Position numbers and translations under genes: made by a program. The notes below the pieces were generated by a model, which had not been told where the DNA came from, did no database searches, and saw only the letters and a list, made by a program, of their open reading frames with translations. Shown in pieces: positions 24,186 through 36,555 of a stretch of 64,000 bases of DNA. How positions within the stretch are numbered: the first letter of the stretch is position 1; the number at the start of each line of letters is the position of its first letter. The DNA comes from Eledone cirrhosa (taxonomy: Eukaryota): positions 275,590,001-275,654,000 of the forward strand of contig OZ024742.1 in assembly GCA_964016885.1 (NCBI GenBank). Direction: 5' to 3'.

Positions 24186-27100
24186 GGAGACATGATATGA
24201 AGTTTTAAAAACTCTTGCGAGCAGTGAAGTGTTAAATCTACATATGAAAAATAAAATAAGATGGATATATGAGATTGGGAAAAAAGGAGGAAGGGGGAAG
24301 GAAAAGGTAAGTAAGAGGAAGAAAGAAAATAAAGGATGACGGGGGAGGAGTATAAGAAGGAAGGATGAGAGAGGAGGAGAAATGAGTGAGAGAGAGAGAG
24401 AGATAGCCTTTAATACTGAGAAACACTGTCTCACAGAGAGAAATTTAAAAAACCCTTGTAAGATAATACATAATTTTAAAAAGTTTTGAAATTAAAAGTT
24501 AATGAGGTTTATGAATGGTGATGTTTATGATTAAAGAAAAAGGAATTAAGAATAGTATTTATTTAAGGTTCATATATTGAAGGGTTTAATAATATGTGCG
24601 AAAAAGAATTTATTAATATGTATTATTAAAATAAAAATATTAAGGAGATAAGGTGAATGAAGAAGAAATTAAATGAATTATGAACTTAGAGGAATTAGTT
24701 AGGGTCTAAGTTTGTTTCTATGTATTGTAATATGAAAAAGTAAATAATAGGTTTAATACGAGCACGGAAGGAGAGAAGAAAGAAGAAAATTTAAGGAAGA
24801 AAAAATATATACCGTCAAAAAAATATGTTTACAAAATTTACTAATGGTAATATTAGTATATATTAAAAATATAGTTTGTATGGCCAAGAAGAGAAGGAAA
24901 ATGCTATAGTGAGTAATAATATGAATTAAGAAATAATTGAGAAGTAAAAATTACAGATTAAAGATTAGAAATTAAAAACGAAAAAAGGAAAAAAGGAAAA
25001 AAGGAAAAAAGGATAAAAAAGAAGAAAAATAGGGGACCGCTAACGACATAGAATGAGTAAATTGTATAATATAATATACTGAAATAAGGTAGAAAGATGG
25101 GTATATTTGTAAAAGATATAAAAGCGTTTGAGAAAAGAAGATTTTAAACTAATTAGGTAGTGAGATATTAGTTGTATACTTTATGGAAAGTTCTATGGGA
25201 TTTATGCAAGCAGAGCGAAAATAAATACGTACGTCTATTTATTATAGAATTAAAATTAGAGATAATGGTAAATTACCAGAGTTATTAACAAGTGACCTAG
25301 TATTATTTATAGAAGGAATTGGATTAGAGAAGTTATTTACGATAGGTGCTAAAGTTTCCTGATTTAGATTGGTGTTATGAACATTCGACAAAGTTACGTT
25401 TGACGTCGTATTTAAATTTACTGAATCTAGCCTAGAGTTAACATTGACGTCGGGTTTACTATTGTTATTATTATGACGCTCAGTGTTGGATGGATATAAT
25501 TTATTATTTAATATTTTATTATTATGTTTAGAGATAATGTTAGAGATGTTGGAAGTAGTGGAATAAGAGAATTTGATTGTATGTTTGTTAAAGATCTTAC
25601 TATAGATATGCGAGGGAGGGAAGCATTTATCTAAGGCCCTAAAAAATAGTTTAGGAATATTACTAGTAATAGATAGAGAAAAAGGAGCGTTGTACCAAAT
25701 CATATTTTTGTACCTAGGTCTTTTATTTAAGTTATTGGAATGTTCATAACGAACTATTTTACTATAAGTCCTACGATGATTGGTTTCTTTACTGTATTTA
25801 ATTTTGTCAGGATAACCGGCTTTGGAAAGCGCATTATTATAATAATTGGCATTAGCGTCGAAGATAACTTTATTAGAGGATAGATTTGAGATTCATTTTT
25901 CAACATTACTGACTATAGCATTTTTAACGTTAATGGGGTGGTTAGATTTAAAATTAACATAATTTAGATTCTCATTGCCTTTATGGTAAGGGTAATATAG
26001 GCCGGTGTCAAGATTAAAGGATATATCCAGGAAGTTAGCTAGTTTGACGTTGTTTTCAAATTCAATTTTTAGGTTATGGTGCTTAAATAGATCAAGTATA
26101 TTATTCTTAATAATATTAAGGTTAACTAGGTTACATTTTAAGACAGTAAAAAGGGCATCGTCACGATAAATTCCACCGCGAAGTTGAGGAATTTTCCGAT
26201 TTAAAGAATTCAAAATAAAGATACCAATCAAGTCCGTCAATTGCGCTGAATCCGACGAACCCATTGTGATATCAAAATTCTTGGAAGTATCAGCTCTAGT
26301 CCAATATTCGTTGTTGAATTCCAGCATAGTTTTCTTGCGGTGAGAATGATGTAAAGTTCATCTGTGGTAATGTCAGAATATTTAAATGCGAAAATAAAGC
26401 ATTGTTGAGGAGTGAAGGCGAAATAGAAGAACAGTAACTGACAATGTCAAACTGAATAAATTTTTGTTTGTTTTTATTATTCAGGTCATTGAACCAGTTA
26501 ATTACATCAGATGTACCAATCCATAGGTTTAAGTTAGAAATAGAGCAATTAGAATGAACCTGTGGGATAATTCTATCCAGGATGGATAGAATTTTCCTTA
26601 TATTCTTGGCCATACAAACTATATTTTTAATATATACTAATATTACTATTAGTAAATTTTGTAAACATATTTTTTTGACGTTATATATTTTTTCTTCCTT
26701 AAATTTTCTTCTTTCTTCTCTCCTTCCGTGCTCGTATTAAACCTATTATTTACTTTTTCATATTACAATACATAGAAACAAACTTAGACCCTAACTAATT
26801 CCTCTAAGTTCATAATTCATTTAATTTCTTCTTCATTCACCTTATCTCCTTAATATTTTTATTTTAATAATACATATTAATAAATTCCTTTTCGCACATA
26901 TTATTAAACCCTTCAATATATAAACCTTAAATAAATACTATTCTTAATTCCTTTTTCTTTAATCATAAACATCACCATTCATAAACCTCATTAACTTTTA
27001 ATTTCAAAATTTTTAAAAATTATGTATTATCTTACAACGGTTTTTTTTAATTTCTCTCTGTGAAACAGTGTTTCTCAGTATTAAAGGCTATCTCTCTCTC

Positions 27101-27308
27101 TCTCACTCATTTCTCCTCCTCTCTCATCCTTCCTTCTTATACTCCTCCCCCGTCATCCTTTATTTTCTTTCTTCCTCTTCCTTACCTTTTCCTTCCCCCC
27201 TTCCTCCTTTTTTCCCAATCTCATATATCCATCTTATTTTATTTTTCATATGTAGATTTAACTCTTCACTGCTCGCAAGTGTCTTTTAAACTTCATATCA
27301 TGTCTCCC

Positions 27309-27379
27309 TATTTTATCTGATGAGAACGCAAGTATCATCCCATAATGATATTTGTTTTTGAAATGCGTATAATAAAATA
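27309..27379 (+). ncRNA. Type I hammerhead ribozyme in inverted pLTR
   Basis: TATTTTAT CTGATGA...GAAA TGCGTA TA ATAAAATA. Confidence 0.8.
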
Positions 27380-27409
27380 AATGGAACTCTTTTATCCATC
27401 TTTTGATCT

Positions 27410-27476
<67 letters not shown>

Positions 27477-27480
<4 letters not shown>

Positions 27481-28178
27481 TTGAGCAACATCGGTGAAGT
27501 TGCCACCCTTAACTCACAGTTGGGTGCGGATGCATTCATGTATATATGTGTGTGTCCGCATGTATCTGTGTGTTTCTAAATATATTGTTAATAACTCCCT
27601 CTGGTCGAGCAATCTTTGAAGTGTGGGGACAACTGGAAAGCTTCCATTACTCATACTTCTAGCCTTCTTCACCACCTCTTCTGCGGCCTCGATATGAATA
27701 CCCCCTCCGCCTCCGTGGTATTTTCTTCGTGGTTATAAGAGGCTTAGCTCTGTTTCTCGACCGTTATATCGCGTGACTATCTCCCCCTCCGCCTTTTGGG
27801 ATTCTTTCTCACGTCGTGTAGACGCGTTCTTGAGACTAGTAAAAGGAGGTATCCTCTTGATAAGTCGGCAGACCTCGCAGGGACTCTATATCTTTATGAT
27901 ATATTGTTTTTGTTTATGCCACGAAACTACGTAGTCGAGGAATTTAGGAGCAGTTTAGGTATGATACATTTTATTACTAATTATATCTAGATGTTTCTTC
28001 TCTCTTCATAATGTATTTTTAACTCTGATACTGGTTCAGTCTAGTTCAACTGAATTGGTCTGTCCCGGTCATTCATTGAGCAACATCGGTGAAGTTGGCA
28101 CCCTTAACTCACAGTTGGGTGCGGATGCATTCATGTATATATGTGTGTGTCCGCATATATCTGTGTGTTTCTAAATAT

Positions 28179-28182
<4 letters not shown>
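27477..28182 (+). mobile_element. Non-coding partial-tandem element (~595-bp period, ~110-bp terminal direct repeat) with HHR
   Basis: 27477-27588 is repeated at 28072-28182; flanked by (TA)n. Confidence 0.7.
27852..27941 (+). ncRNA. Type I hammerhead with U3-A8 core variant
   Basis: TCCTC TTGATAA GT(C)GGCA...TGCCAC GAAA CTACGTAG TC GAGGA. Confidence 0.7.
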
Positions 28183-28213
<31 letters not shown>

Positions 28214-28767
28214 GTTAGAATATGTGTAATAAGGCCAAGACAATGCAGGTATGGACATAGAAAAAAGAATGCAATAGTGAAAGATATTGATGTGAATTCG
28301 TCTTTCACCTTGAATTTATTTAAATGTCCTTAATTTTCGAGATAATATCTCTTCTTCGGAGGGAAGTAAAGGTCTCAAACCAGCGTCTTTAAATCTCTAA
28401 TGAAGCCATGCTGACCGGAAATAGTATAGAGTATCTGTTCTAACCTTAATATCAAAGAATTAAAATTAGGTGGATAAAGAGTAGTCTCCCTTTAAGAGGG
28501 GTTTTTTTATGTTTTGTTTTTGTTTTTGTTTTTTTGTTTTTTTTTATTTTATATGCGTGCCTGTATATGTGTGTGGGAGAATGCATGAAGGTGTAGGTAT
28601 GTGGGTGTGTGGGTGTGAGTGTGGGAAGATAGGTCTAATCGTAAAAGTGGGGGGTAGGTGTTATCTGGTGTTAGAACTGGTTTTGTGTGTGTATGTGTGA
28701 GAGAGAATAAGTGGAGGTGTGCGCGTGCGTGTGTGTGGGGTGTGTAAAAATGGGGCTAGAGGCCCTA

Positions 28768-31350
28768 TCAGGTTATAAATTGGGTGTTGAGCTCTAGTCT
28801 ATTATTGATTGGTGGATGTGTTCTATCTATAATAAGTGCTTCCTTGATTCTAAGATTGCCGAGGTTTCTTTCCTTAGTTTCTATCCTAACTGTTATGTTT
28901 TTATCGGTGTTTTTGCATTTAACTAGGTGTTTCTTAAATGAGGAAGCGTTAGTATTGAGGTGTTCTTTTATTCTTATGTGGAGTGGTCTGGTGGTGCTAC
29001 CTACGTAGAAGTTGTTGCATTTGTCACACTCTAGTCTGTATACTACGTAAGCCTGGTGGCATAGGTCTGTGTCGTTGATGGGGCAGTTGGCTAGTCTGCA
29101 GCAGTTGTCATGTCTGGTGGAGTGTCTCTTAGCCAGCCGTCCGCGCAAAGAAGGACCCGAGTGGGCCAGTTGAATATCCAGACCCTCTCGTCTGATGGCT
29201 CTGCGGATGGCTGTTGTTGTTTCTTCACTGAAGTGTGGGAGCTTCAGGAAGCAAGTGTTAGTGCCTCGGGTGTGGTGTCCTCTGTTCTTTCTGGCACGGT
29301 TTGTGGTGGATGTCGTGTATCCGTTCAGTTTGAGTACTTCCAGGAAATGTGTGGTGTGTGTGTCTCGGTCTCTGGCGTCGGTGCATTTGTTCTTGATACG
29401 TGCCAGTTCGTTCTTTATGTATCCGAACTTGGCACCGAGTGGGAGGGCCGATCTGAAATGTACGAACAGGTCCCTGCTGGTGGATTTTTTATAGAAGCAG
29501 GTGTGGATGTTGCCTTCCTCTGTTACCCTGAGTTGGAAGTCCAGCAGGGATAGGGATCCGCGGTCATCGGGGTGTTCCATGCTGAACTTTATACTGGCGT
29601 CCATGCTGGAGAATGTTGTGTATATTTTCTCTGCCTCCTCACGGGATGATGTAAGGATGAGTATGTCATCTACATATCGGGTGAAGAAGGCATGGGAATG
29701 GCAGGTGTTGAGGGCTCGGCATTCTAGCTGGTTCATGTAAGTGAGGGCCAGCAGGCCCGAGAGGCTGGATCCCATGGGTAATCCTGTTGTCTGTCTGTAT
29801 GTGTGGTGGTGGAAGGTGAAGTACGTGTTGTCTACTGTGAAGGACAAAAGCTGGTGTATGTCCGTCGGGCGGAGGCCGTAGCACTGGATGTTCTCTGCGA
29901 CCACGCAGTCCGTCAATAAATCGACAGCTGGGTGAGCGGGGACTGTAGTGTAGAGGGAGACAACGTCGAGGCTAAAAGCGTATTTATTAAGTTTAAGTTG
30001 TTCTGGCTGGAGTTGGTGTAATCTACGTATAACTTCGTCGGAGCTACTGACATGTCCGGGGAAGGTGGAGAGTAGAGGCTTGAGGACCTGGGAGAGAAGC
30101 CAAGAAATTTTGTATAGGGGTCCTTCTATGCTAGAGACGATGGGTCTTATATGCGTCTTAGTGCTATTCTTGTGGGTCTTGATGAGGTGGTAGAAAGTGG
30201 GCAGTCTGCTATTTCTCGTGGTGTAGTTGAGTTTAATTTTATTCGGGAGTTGTCTTCTCCTACAGATATCGGACCAAATGGAGTTGGTCTGTTTTTCGAT
30301 TTGGGCTGCGGTCATGTCCAGGATCACTGTGTACAGTTCACTGTCGCTTAGGTGTTCGAAGGCTAGGTTATTGTATGTGGCTTGAGAGATGACGCAGAAC
30401 TCTTTACCTTTGTCGGATGGTAAGTAAATAAGTTCCTTATTCCGTACGTTCTTCGGGGCGAGTTGTTGTGTCCTGGAGAGGTTAGGGGCCATCTTCTTCT
30501 GTTTCCGTAAGATGTTAAATACGGAATGTTTTAGTCTCGAGAGTTTTTCTTCCAGCTCGCGGTTGGCGGGCGGTGGATAGAGTGGGCGATCTAGTTGGTA
30601 TATCGGGAATCTGGGTGTGGTGGATTCCGTGGTGTTGTTGTCGAGAGTCGATATCCATTTCAGTTGGTAGGCAGTCCGACAGAAATTCGTTTCTATGTCG
30701 AGCCATAGTCTGTCGTCCAGTCTCTGTTTCAATATGAACTTGGGACCCAGGCTGAGGAGGTCTAATTCCTCTCGGGAGAGGGATCCTGTAAAGTCTGTGA
30801 CGAGGTGTTTTGCGCCAGGTGTGTTGTTGGTCGGGGTGCCGCTAGGTTCGGTGTTGGTAACGTATTGTTCGCCTCTGTTGGTGTTTAGCGTTGGGATGTT
30901 GTTAAGACAGTTGGCCGTCCTGAGTTTGAGAAATGTTTGTGTTAGGCGTATTTTCTCGTAGTCTCGGCGGTGGTGGTATGACCTGTCTATAGTGGCGGAG
31001 ATGACCTTGGACAGAGGTTCTGGGGTTTCAGCGAGTTGTGGTACAAGGCTGGAGATAGTCCGTATGTGATGTTGTAGCGTGCGGTGTAGGTGTTGTATGA
31101 GTTTTCTTAGGCAGAATTTTTGTATGTAACTGAGTGAACGTTTGAGGCCTGGTGATTTGAAGCATGTTGGTAGGTGTAAATTTTTGATGGTTTTGGGAAT
31201 CATGTTGTTATTCAGGCATCGTTTTAGGAAATTTATTTGGCAGCCGGCTTTGGCGCGCTTTTCAGATAGCTGGAAGAGTTTCTTTACAGTTGTAAACTGG
31301 GCCTGGCTCAGGCGTAATGAAAGGAGGAGGTTATAGTTCACTTGAAGCAT
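28768..31350 (-). CDS. PLE reverse transcriptase + GIY-YIG endonuclease (~860 aa, uninterrupted)
   Basis: Motifs DKG, RPIV, SLDVVSLYT, GLPMGS, RYVDD, LLDF, VVYRLECDKCNNFYVGST..RIKEH. The likely start is MLQVNY at 31350; the longer called ORF reads into the inverted copy. Confidence 0.92.
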   Translation of the reverse strand: MLQVNYNLLLSLRLSQAQFTTVKKLFQLSEKRAKAGCQINFLKRCLNNNMIPKTIKNLHLPTCFKSPGLKRSLSYIQKFCLRKLIQHLHRTLQHHIRTISSLVPQLAETPEPLSKVISATIDRSYHHRRDYEKIRLTQTFLKLRTANCLNNIPTLNTNRGEQYVTNTEPSGTPTNNTPGAKHLVTDFTGSLSREELDLLSLGPKFILKQRLDDRLWLDIETNFCRTAYQLKWISTLDNNTTESTTPRFPIYQLDRPLYPPPANRELEEKLSRLKHSVFNILRKQKKMAPNLSRTQQLAPKNVRNKELIYLPSDKGKEFCVISQATYNNLAFEHLSDSELYTVILDMTAAQIEKQTNSIWSDICRRRQLPNKIKLNYTTRNSRLPTFYHLIKTHKNSTKTHIRPIVSSIEGPLYKISWLLSQVLKPLLSTFPGHVSSSDEVIRRLHQLQPEQLKLNKYAFSLDVVSLYTTVPAHPAVDLLTDCVVAENIQCYGLRPTDIHQLLSFTVDNTYFTFHHHTYRQTTGLPMGSSLSGLLALTYMNQLECRALNTCHSHAFFTRYVDDILILTSSREEAEKIYTTFSSMDASIKFSMEHPDDRGSLSLLDFQLRVTEEGNIHTCFYKKSTSRDLFVHFRSALPLGAKFGYIKNELARIKNKCTDARDRDTHTTHFLEVLKLNGYTTSTTNRARKNRGHHTRGTNTCFLKLPHFSEETTTAIRRAIRREGLDIQLAHSGPSLRGRLAKRHSTRHDNCCRLANCPINDTDLCHQAYVVYRLECDKCNNFYVGSTTRPLHIRIKEHLNTNASSFKKHLVKCKNTDKNITVRIETKERNLGNLRIKEALIIDRTHPPINNRLELNTQFIT

Positions 31351-32735
31351 TGTGTAATGAGGTATAAACGTTAGAATATGTGTAATAAGGCCAAGACAAT
31401 GCAGGTATGGACATAGAAAAAAGAATGCAATAGTGAAAGATATTGATGTGAATTCGTCTTTCACCTTGAATTTATACACAACATTCTCCAGCATGGACGC
31501 CAGTATAAAGTTCAGCATGGAACACCCCGATGACCGCGGATCCCTATCCCTGCTGGACTTCCAACTCAGGGTAACAGAGGAAGGCAACATCCACACCTGC
31601 TTCTATAAAAAAAATCCGCCAACAGGGACCTGTTCGTACATTTCAGATCGGCCCTCCCACTCGGTGCCAAGTTCGGATACATAAAGAACGAACTGGCACG
31701 TATCAAGAACAAATGCACCGACGCCAGAGACCGAGACACACACACCACACATTTCCTGGAAGTACTCAAACTGAACGGATTCACGACATCCACCACAAAC
31801 CGTGCCAGAAAGAACAGAGGACACCACACCCGAGGCACTAACACTTGCTTCCTGAAGCTCCCACACTTCAGTGAAGAAACAACAACAGCCATCCGCAGAG
31901 CCATCAGACGAGAGGGTCTGGATATTCAACTGGCCCACTCGGGTCCTTCTTTGCGCGGACGGCTGGCTAAGAGACACTCCACCAGACATGACAACTGCTG
32001 CAGACTAGCCAACTGCCCCATCAACGACACAGACCTATGCCACCAGGCTTACGTAGTATACAGACTAGAGTGTGACAAATGCAACAACTTCTACGTAGGT
32101 AGCACCACCAGACCACTCCACATAAGAATAAAAGAACACCTCAATACTAACGCTTCCTCATTTAAGAAACACCTAGTTAAATGCAAAAACACCGATAAAA
32201 ACATAACAGTTAGGATAGAAACTAAGGAAAGAAACCTCGGCAATCTTAGAATCAAGGAAGCACTTATTATAGATAGAACACATCCACCAATCAATAATAG
32301 ACTAGAGCTCAACACCCAATTTATAACCTGATAGGGCCTCTAGCCCCATTTTTACACACCCCACACACACGCACGCGCACACCTCCACTTATTCTCTCTC
32401 ACATATACACACACAAAACCAGTTCTAACACCAGATAACACCTACCCCCCACTTTTACGATTAGACCTATCTTCCCACACTCACACCCACACACCCACAT
32501 ACCTACACCTTCATGCATTCTCCCACACACATATACAGGCACGCATATAAAATTAAAAAAAAAACAAAACAAAAACAAAAACAAAACATAAACAAACCCC
32601 TCTTAAAGGGAGACTACTCTTTATCCACCTAATTTTAATTCTTTGATATTAAAGTTAGAACAGATACTCTATACTATTTCCGGTCAGCATGGCTTCATTA
32701 GAGATTTAAAGACGCTGGTTTGAGACCTTTACTTC

Positions 32736-32770
32736 CCTCCGAAGAAGAGATATTATCTCGAAAATTAAGG
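32736..32770 (+). ncRNA. Atypical minimal hammerhead candidate (mirror copy 28328-28362, minus)
   Basis: CCT CCGAAGA A GAGAT-ATT-ATCTC GAAA AT TA AGG; stem I only 3 bp. Confidence 0.45.
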
Positions 32771-32930
32771 ACATTTAAATAAATTCAAGGTGAAAGACGA
32801 ATTCACATCAATATCTTTCACTATTGCATTCTTTTTTCTATGTCCATACCTGCATTGTCTTGGCCTTATTACACATATTCTAACGTTTATACCTCATTAC
32901 ACAATGCTTCAAGTGAACTATAACCTCCTC

Positions 32931-32965
<35 letters not shown>

Positions 32966-33156
32966 GGTTTGAGGTTCACCACTGTATAGAGCTGGTCTAT
33001 TCCGTATGGTCAATCGTAATGCAATAATATAGAGAGTACTCAACGTAAAGCAGTTCAACCGTCTTTGTTTTTGTAGTTGGTGGTGCTATTACGGAGTTAA
33101 ATATTATAATGAAATGACAGGAGGCTGGATTTGTGTAAATCCTTGAAAGGTTTATT

Positions 33157-33214
33157 ATACTATGATCATTTCAATGACCGGGTTCCGTATGAATCCGGTG
33201 ATATCATCAGGTAT
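33157..33214 (-). ncRNA. Type I hammerhead ribozyme (left arm of palindrome)
   Basis: Mirror of 36114-36171. Confidence 0.7.
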
Positions 33215-36113
33215 TCGAAATATAATACGTGAATGTAATAGGTAAAATCCATGGGGCTGAAAATCGAGACCCGAGGGCGACCGCTATTCTGTTCCTTCAA
33301 CCTCAGCCGGTCGCCCTGGAGTGACGTGGCTAAATTTTATAGTATGCTACTACCGGTCAGATGAACGAAAACAGAAAGAGATGGGAGCATAGGTTAACGT
33401 CGATCCCATGACACAAGGTAAAAGAAAGAAAGAAAGGAAGGAGAAGAAGGGGGAAGAAAAAAGAAGAGAAGTCAGGGTTAATGTCAGCTAAAAGAGGAAG
33501 GTAACTACTACTGGTCAGATATAGGCAAGCAAGAGGGGGAAGGAAGATAAGTCTGCAGGGAGGAGGGGAGGAGAGAAGGAAGGGAAGAGAGAAGTAGAAA
33601 AGTAAGGGTTGATGGCTATAAGAAGGAAGATAGAAAGGAAGAGGAAGAAAGGTCGATATTAATGTCAGACCACAGTCAAGCCAGAAGTGGCGCGAGAAAA
33701 TTTTCACAGGGACCCGCATCTTAGCGGAGATGGATATATTGGGAGTCAGTGTTTTACAGTGTTTAGACTTCTAGGATGAAGTTAAAAACATTTAATAATC
33801 AATATTCAATATTAAAGAGGTTAGAAAATTTAAAGTTCAACAGTTTAACAATTAATTATATAATAGTTCCGATTTGTTCTGTAATTTAAAGGTACTATTT
33901 GGCGGTTAAAACAACGGCCGCGCCCCGGGCCCCATGGCGAATTAAGCCACGCCGAGTATTTTCATTTACTGAAAGAAGGGGAAATTTATTTTTCCAAGCA
34001 CTCTAGGTGAGCTCGTTCGCCACGGAGCTGGTCGCGCCGCCATTAAAACCCACCCAACAGTCCGACAGAAAGTTGGAACTTTAAAATTTAGCTTAGAGAA
34101 GTAAAAGAGTAATGGTTGATAGCTACAAGAAGGAAGATAGAAAGAGAGAGGAAGGAAGGTCGATATTAATGTCACACCACAGTCGGGCCAGGAGTGGCGC
34201 GACAAAATTTTCACAGGGACTCGCATCTTAGCAGAGGTGAATATATTGGGGGTCAGTGTGTTACAATGTTTAGACTTATAGGATGAAGTTAAAAAATTAA
34301 TAAATTAATAATCAATATTCCATATTAAAGAGGTTAGAAAACTTAAAGCTCAACAGTTTCAGGTTGATATATATAATAGTTCCGATTTGTTCTGTAATTT
34401 AAAGGTACTATTTGGCGGTTAAAACACCGGCCGCGCCCCAGGCCCCATGGCTAATTAAGCCACGCCGAGTATTTTCATTTACTGAAAGAAGGGGAATTTA
34501 TTTTTCCAAGCACTCCAGGTGAGCCCGTTCGCCAGGGAGCTGGTCGCGCCGCCGCTAAAACCCACCCAACGGTCCGACAGAAAGTTGGAACTTTAGAATT
34601 TTGCTTAACTTTATCGGATGAAGTTGAAAGAATTCAGAATAACATTATGAAACTAAGGAGTAAGTTACTCCTTAGTTTCATAATGTTATTCTGAATTCTT
34701 TCAACTTCATCCGATAAAGTTAAGCAAAATTCTAAAGTTCCAACTTTCTGTCGGACCGTTGGGTGGGTTTTAGCGGCGGCGCGACCAGCTCCCTGGCGAA
34801 CGGGCTCACCTGGAGTGCTTGGAAAAATAAATTCCCCTTCTTTCAGTAAATGAAAATACTCGGCGTGGCTTAATTAGCCATGGGGCCTGGGGTGCGGCCG
34901 GTGTTTTAACCGCCAAATAGTACCTTTAAATTACAGAACAAATCGGAACTATTATATATATCAACCTGAAACTGTTGAGCTTTAAGTTTTCTAACCTCTT
35001 TAATATGGAATATTGATTATTAATTTATTAATTTTTTAACTTCATCCTATAAGTCTAAACATTGTAACACACTGACCCCCAATATATTCACCTCTGCTAA
35101 GATGCGAGTCCCTGTGAAAATTTTGTCGCGCCACTCCTGGCCCGACTGTGGTGTGACATTAATATCGACCTTCCTTCCTCTCTCTTTCTATCTTCCTTCT
35201 TGTAGCTATCAACCATTACTCTTTTACTTCTCTAAGCTAAATTTTAAAGTTCCAACTTTCTGTCGGACTGTTGGGTGGGTTTTAATGGCGGCGCGACCAG
35301 CTCCGTGGTGAACGAGCTCACCTAGAGTGCTTGGAAAAATAAATTTCCCCTTCTTTCAGTAAATGAAAATACTCGGCGTGGCTTAATTCGCCATGGGGCC
35401 CGGGGCGCGGCCGTTGTTTTAACCGCCAAATAGTACCTTTAAATTACAGAACAAATCGGAACTATTATATAATTAATTGTTAAACTGTTGAACTTTAAAT
35501 TTTCTAACCTCTTTAATATTGAATATTGATTATTAAATGTTTTTAACTTCATCCTAGAAGTCTAAACACTGTAAAACACTGACTCCCAATATATCCATCT
35601 CCGCTAAGATGCGGGTCCCTGTGAAAATTTTCTCGCGCCACTTCTGGCTTGACTGTGGTCTGACATTAATATCGACCTTTCTTCCTCTTCCTTTCTATCT
35701 TCCTTCTTGTAGCCATCAACCCTTACTTTTCTATTTCTCTCTTCCCTTCCTTCTCTCCTCCCCTCCTCCCTGCAGACTTATCTTCCTTCCCCCTCTTGCT
35801 TGCCTATATCTGACCAGTAGTAGTTACCTTCCTCTTTTAGCTGACATTAACCCTGACTTCTCTTCTTCTTTCTTCCCCCTTCTTCTCCTTCCTTTCTTTC
35901 TTTCTTTTACCTTGTGTCATGGGATCGACGTTAACCTATGCTCCCATCTCTTTCTGTTTTCGTTCATCTGACCGGTAGTAGCATACTATAAAATTTAGCC
36001 ACGTCACTCCAGGGCGACCGGCTGAGGTTGAAGGAACAGAATAGCGGTCGCCCTCGGGTCTCGATTTTCAGCCCCATGGATTTTACCTATTACATTCACG
36101 TATTATATTTCGA

Positions 36114-36171
36114 ATACCTGATGATATCACCGGATTCATACGGAACCCGGTCATTGAAATGATCATAGTAT
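36114..36171 (+). ncRNA. Type I hammerhead ribozyme (right arm of palindrome)
   Basis: ATAC CTGATGA ..ACCGG..CCGGT.. GAAA TGATCA TA GTAT. Confidence 0.7.
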
Positions 36172-36268
36172 AATAAACCTTTCAAGGATTTACACAAATC
36201 CAGCCTCCTGTCATTTCATTATTATATATATATATATATATATAAATGTATATATATATATGTATATA

Positions 36269-36365
<97 letters not shown>

Positions 36366-36555
36366 ACAGGGAGAAAGAGACGATTATGAGGAAGAAAAAT
36401 ATATTTTTTCCTTTTTTGTTTCTCTCTCTCTTTTTTCTGGGTTAGAAAATGATTAAAACGAAATGTTTTACTTTGTGTGAAGTGTTAAGGTATTAGTTGA
36501 TTTATTTATTATTTAACAATGGCATTTATTTATCTATTTATATATTTAATTATTG

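Larger units (their letters stand above)
23991..27417 (-). mobile_element. Naiad-type Penelope-like element, 5'-truncated, endonuclease core deleted, inverted pLTR at 26612-27417
   Basis: RT pieces FIQFDIVSY, FDITMGSSDSAQLTDLIG, GIYRDD, NFLDI, WYNAPFS; C-terminus INRRTYLFSLCLH; 26612-27417 is the reverse complement of ~24079-24884. Confidence 0.85.
28210..32931 (-). mobile_element. Penelope-like element: full-length minus copy (28210-31475) plus inverted 5'-truncated plus copy (31473-32931)
   Basis: Intact ORF; pLTR sequence present three times; inverted copy nearly identical; (TA)n on both flanks. Confidence 0.95.
33106..36222. repeat. ~3.1-kb near-perfect palindrome centred at 34664; arms contain ~507-bp tandem repeats and a terminal HHR
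   Basis: Centre ..AAGGAGTAA G TTACTCCTT..; mirrored ORFs 33357-33719/35609-35971; few mismatches. Confidence 0.95.

Noticed and set aside
28394-28432. Antisense hammerhead-like CTAATGA...GAAA
   Set aside because: G5 missing and stems I and II do not pair convincingly.
31351-31596. N-terminal 82 aa of the 942-aa ORF
   Set aside because: Read-through into the pLTR and the antisense of the inverted copy.
33357-35971. Mirrored hydrophobic 120-aa ORFs
   Set aside because: They arise from CT-rich low-complexity sequence in the palindrome arms.
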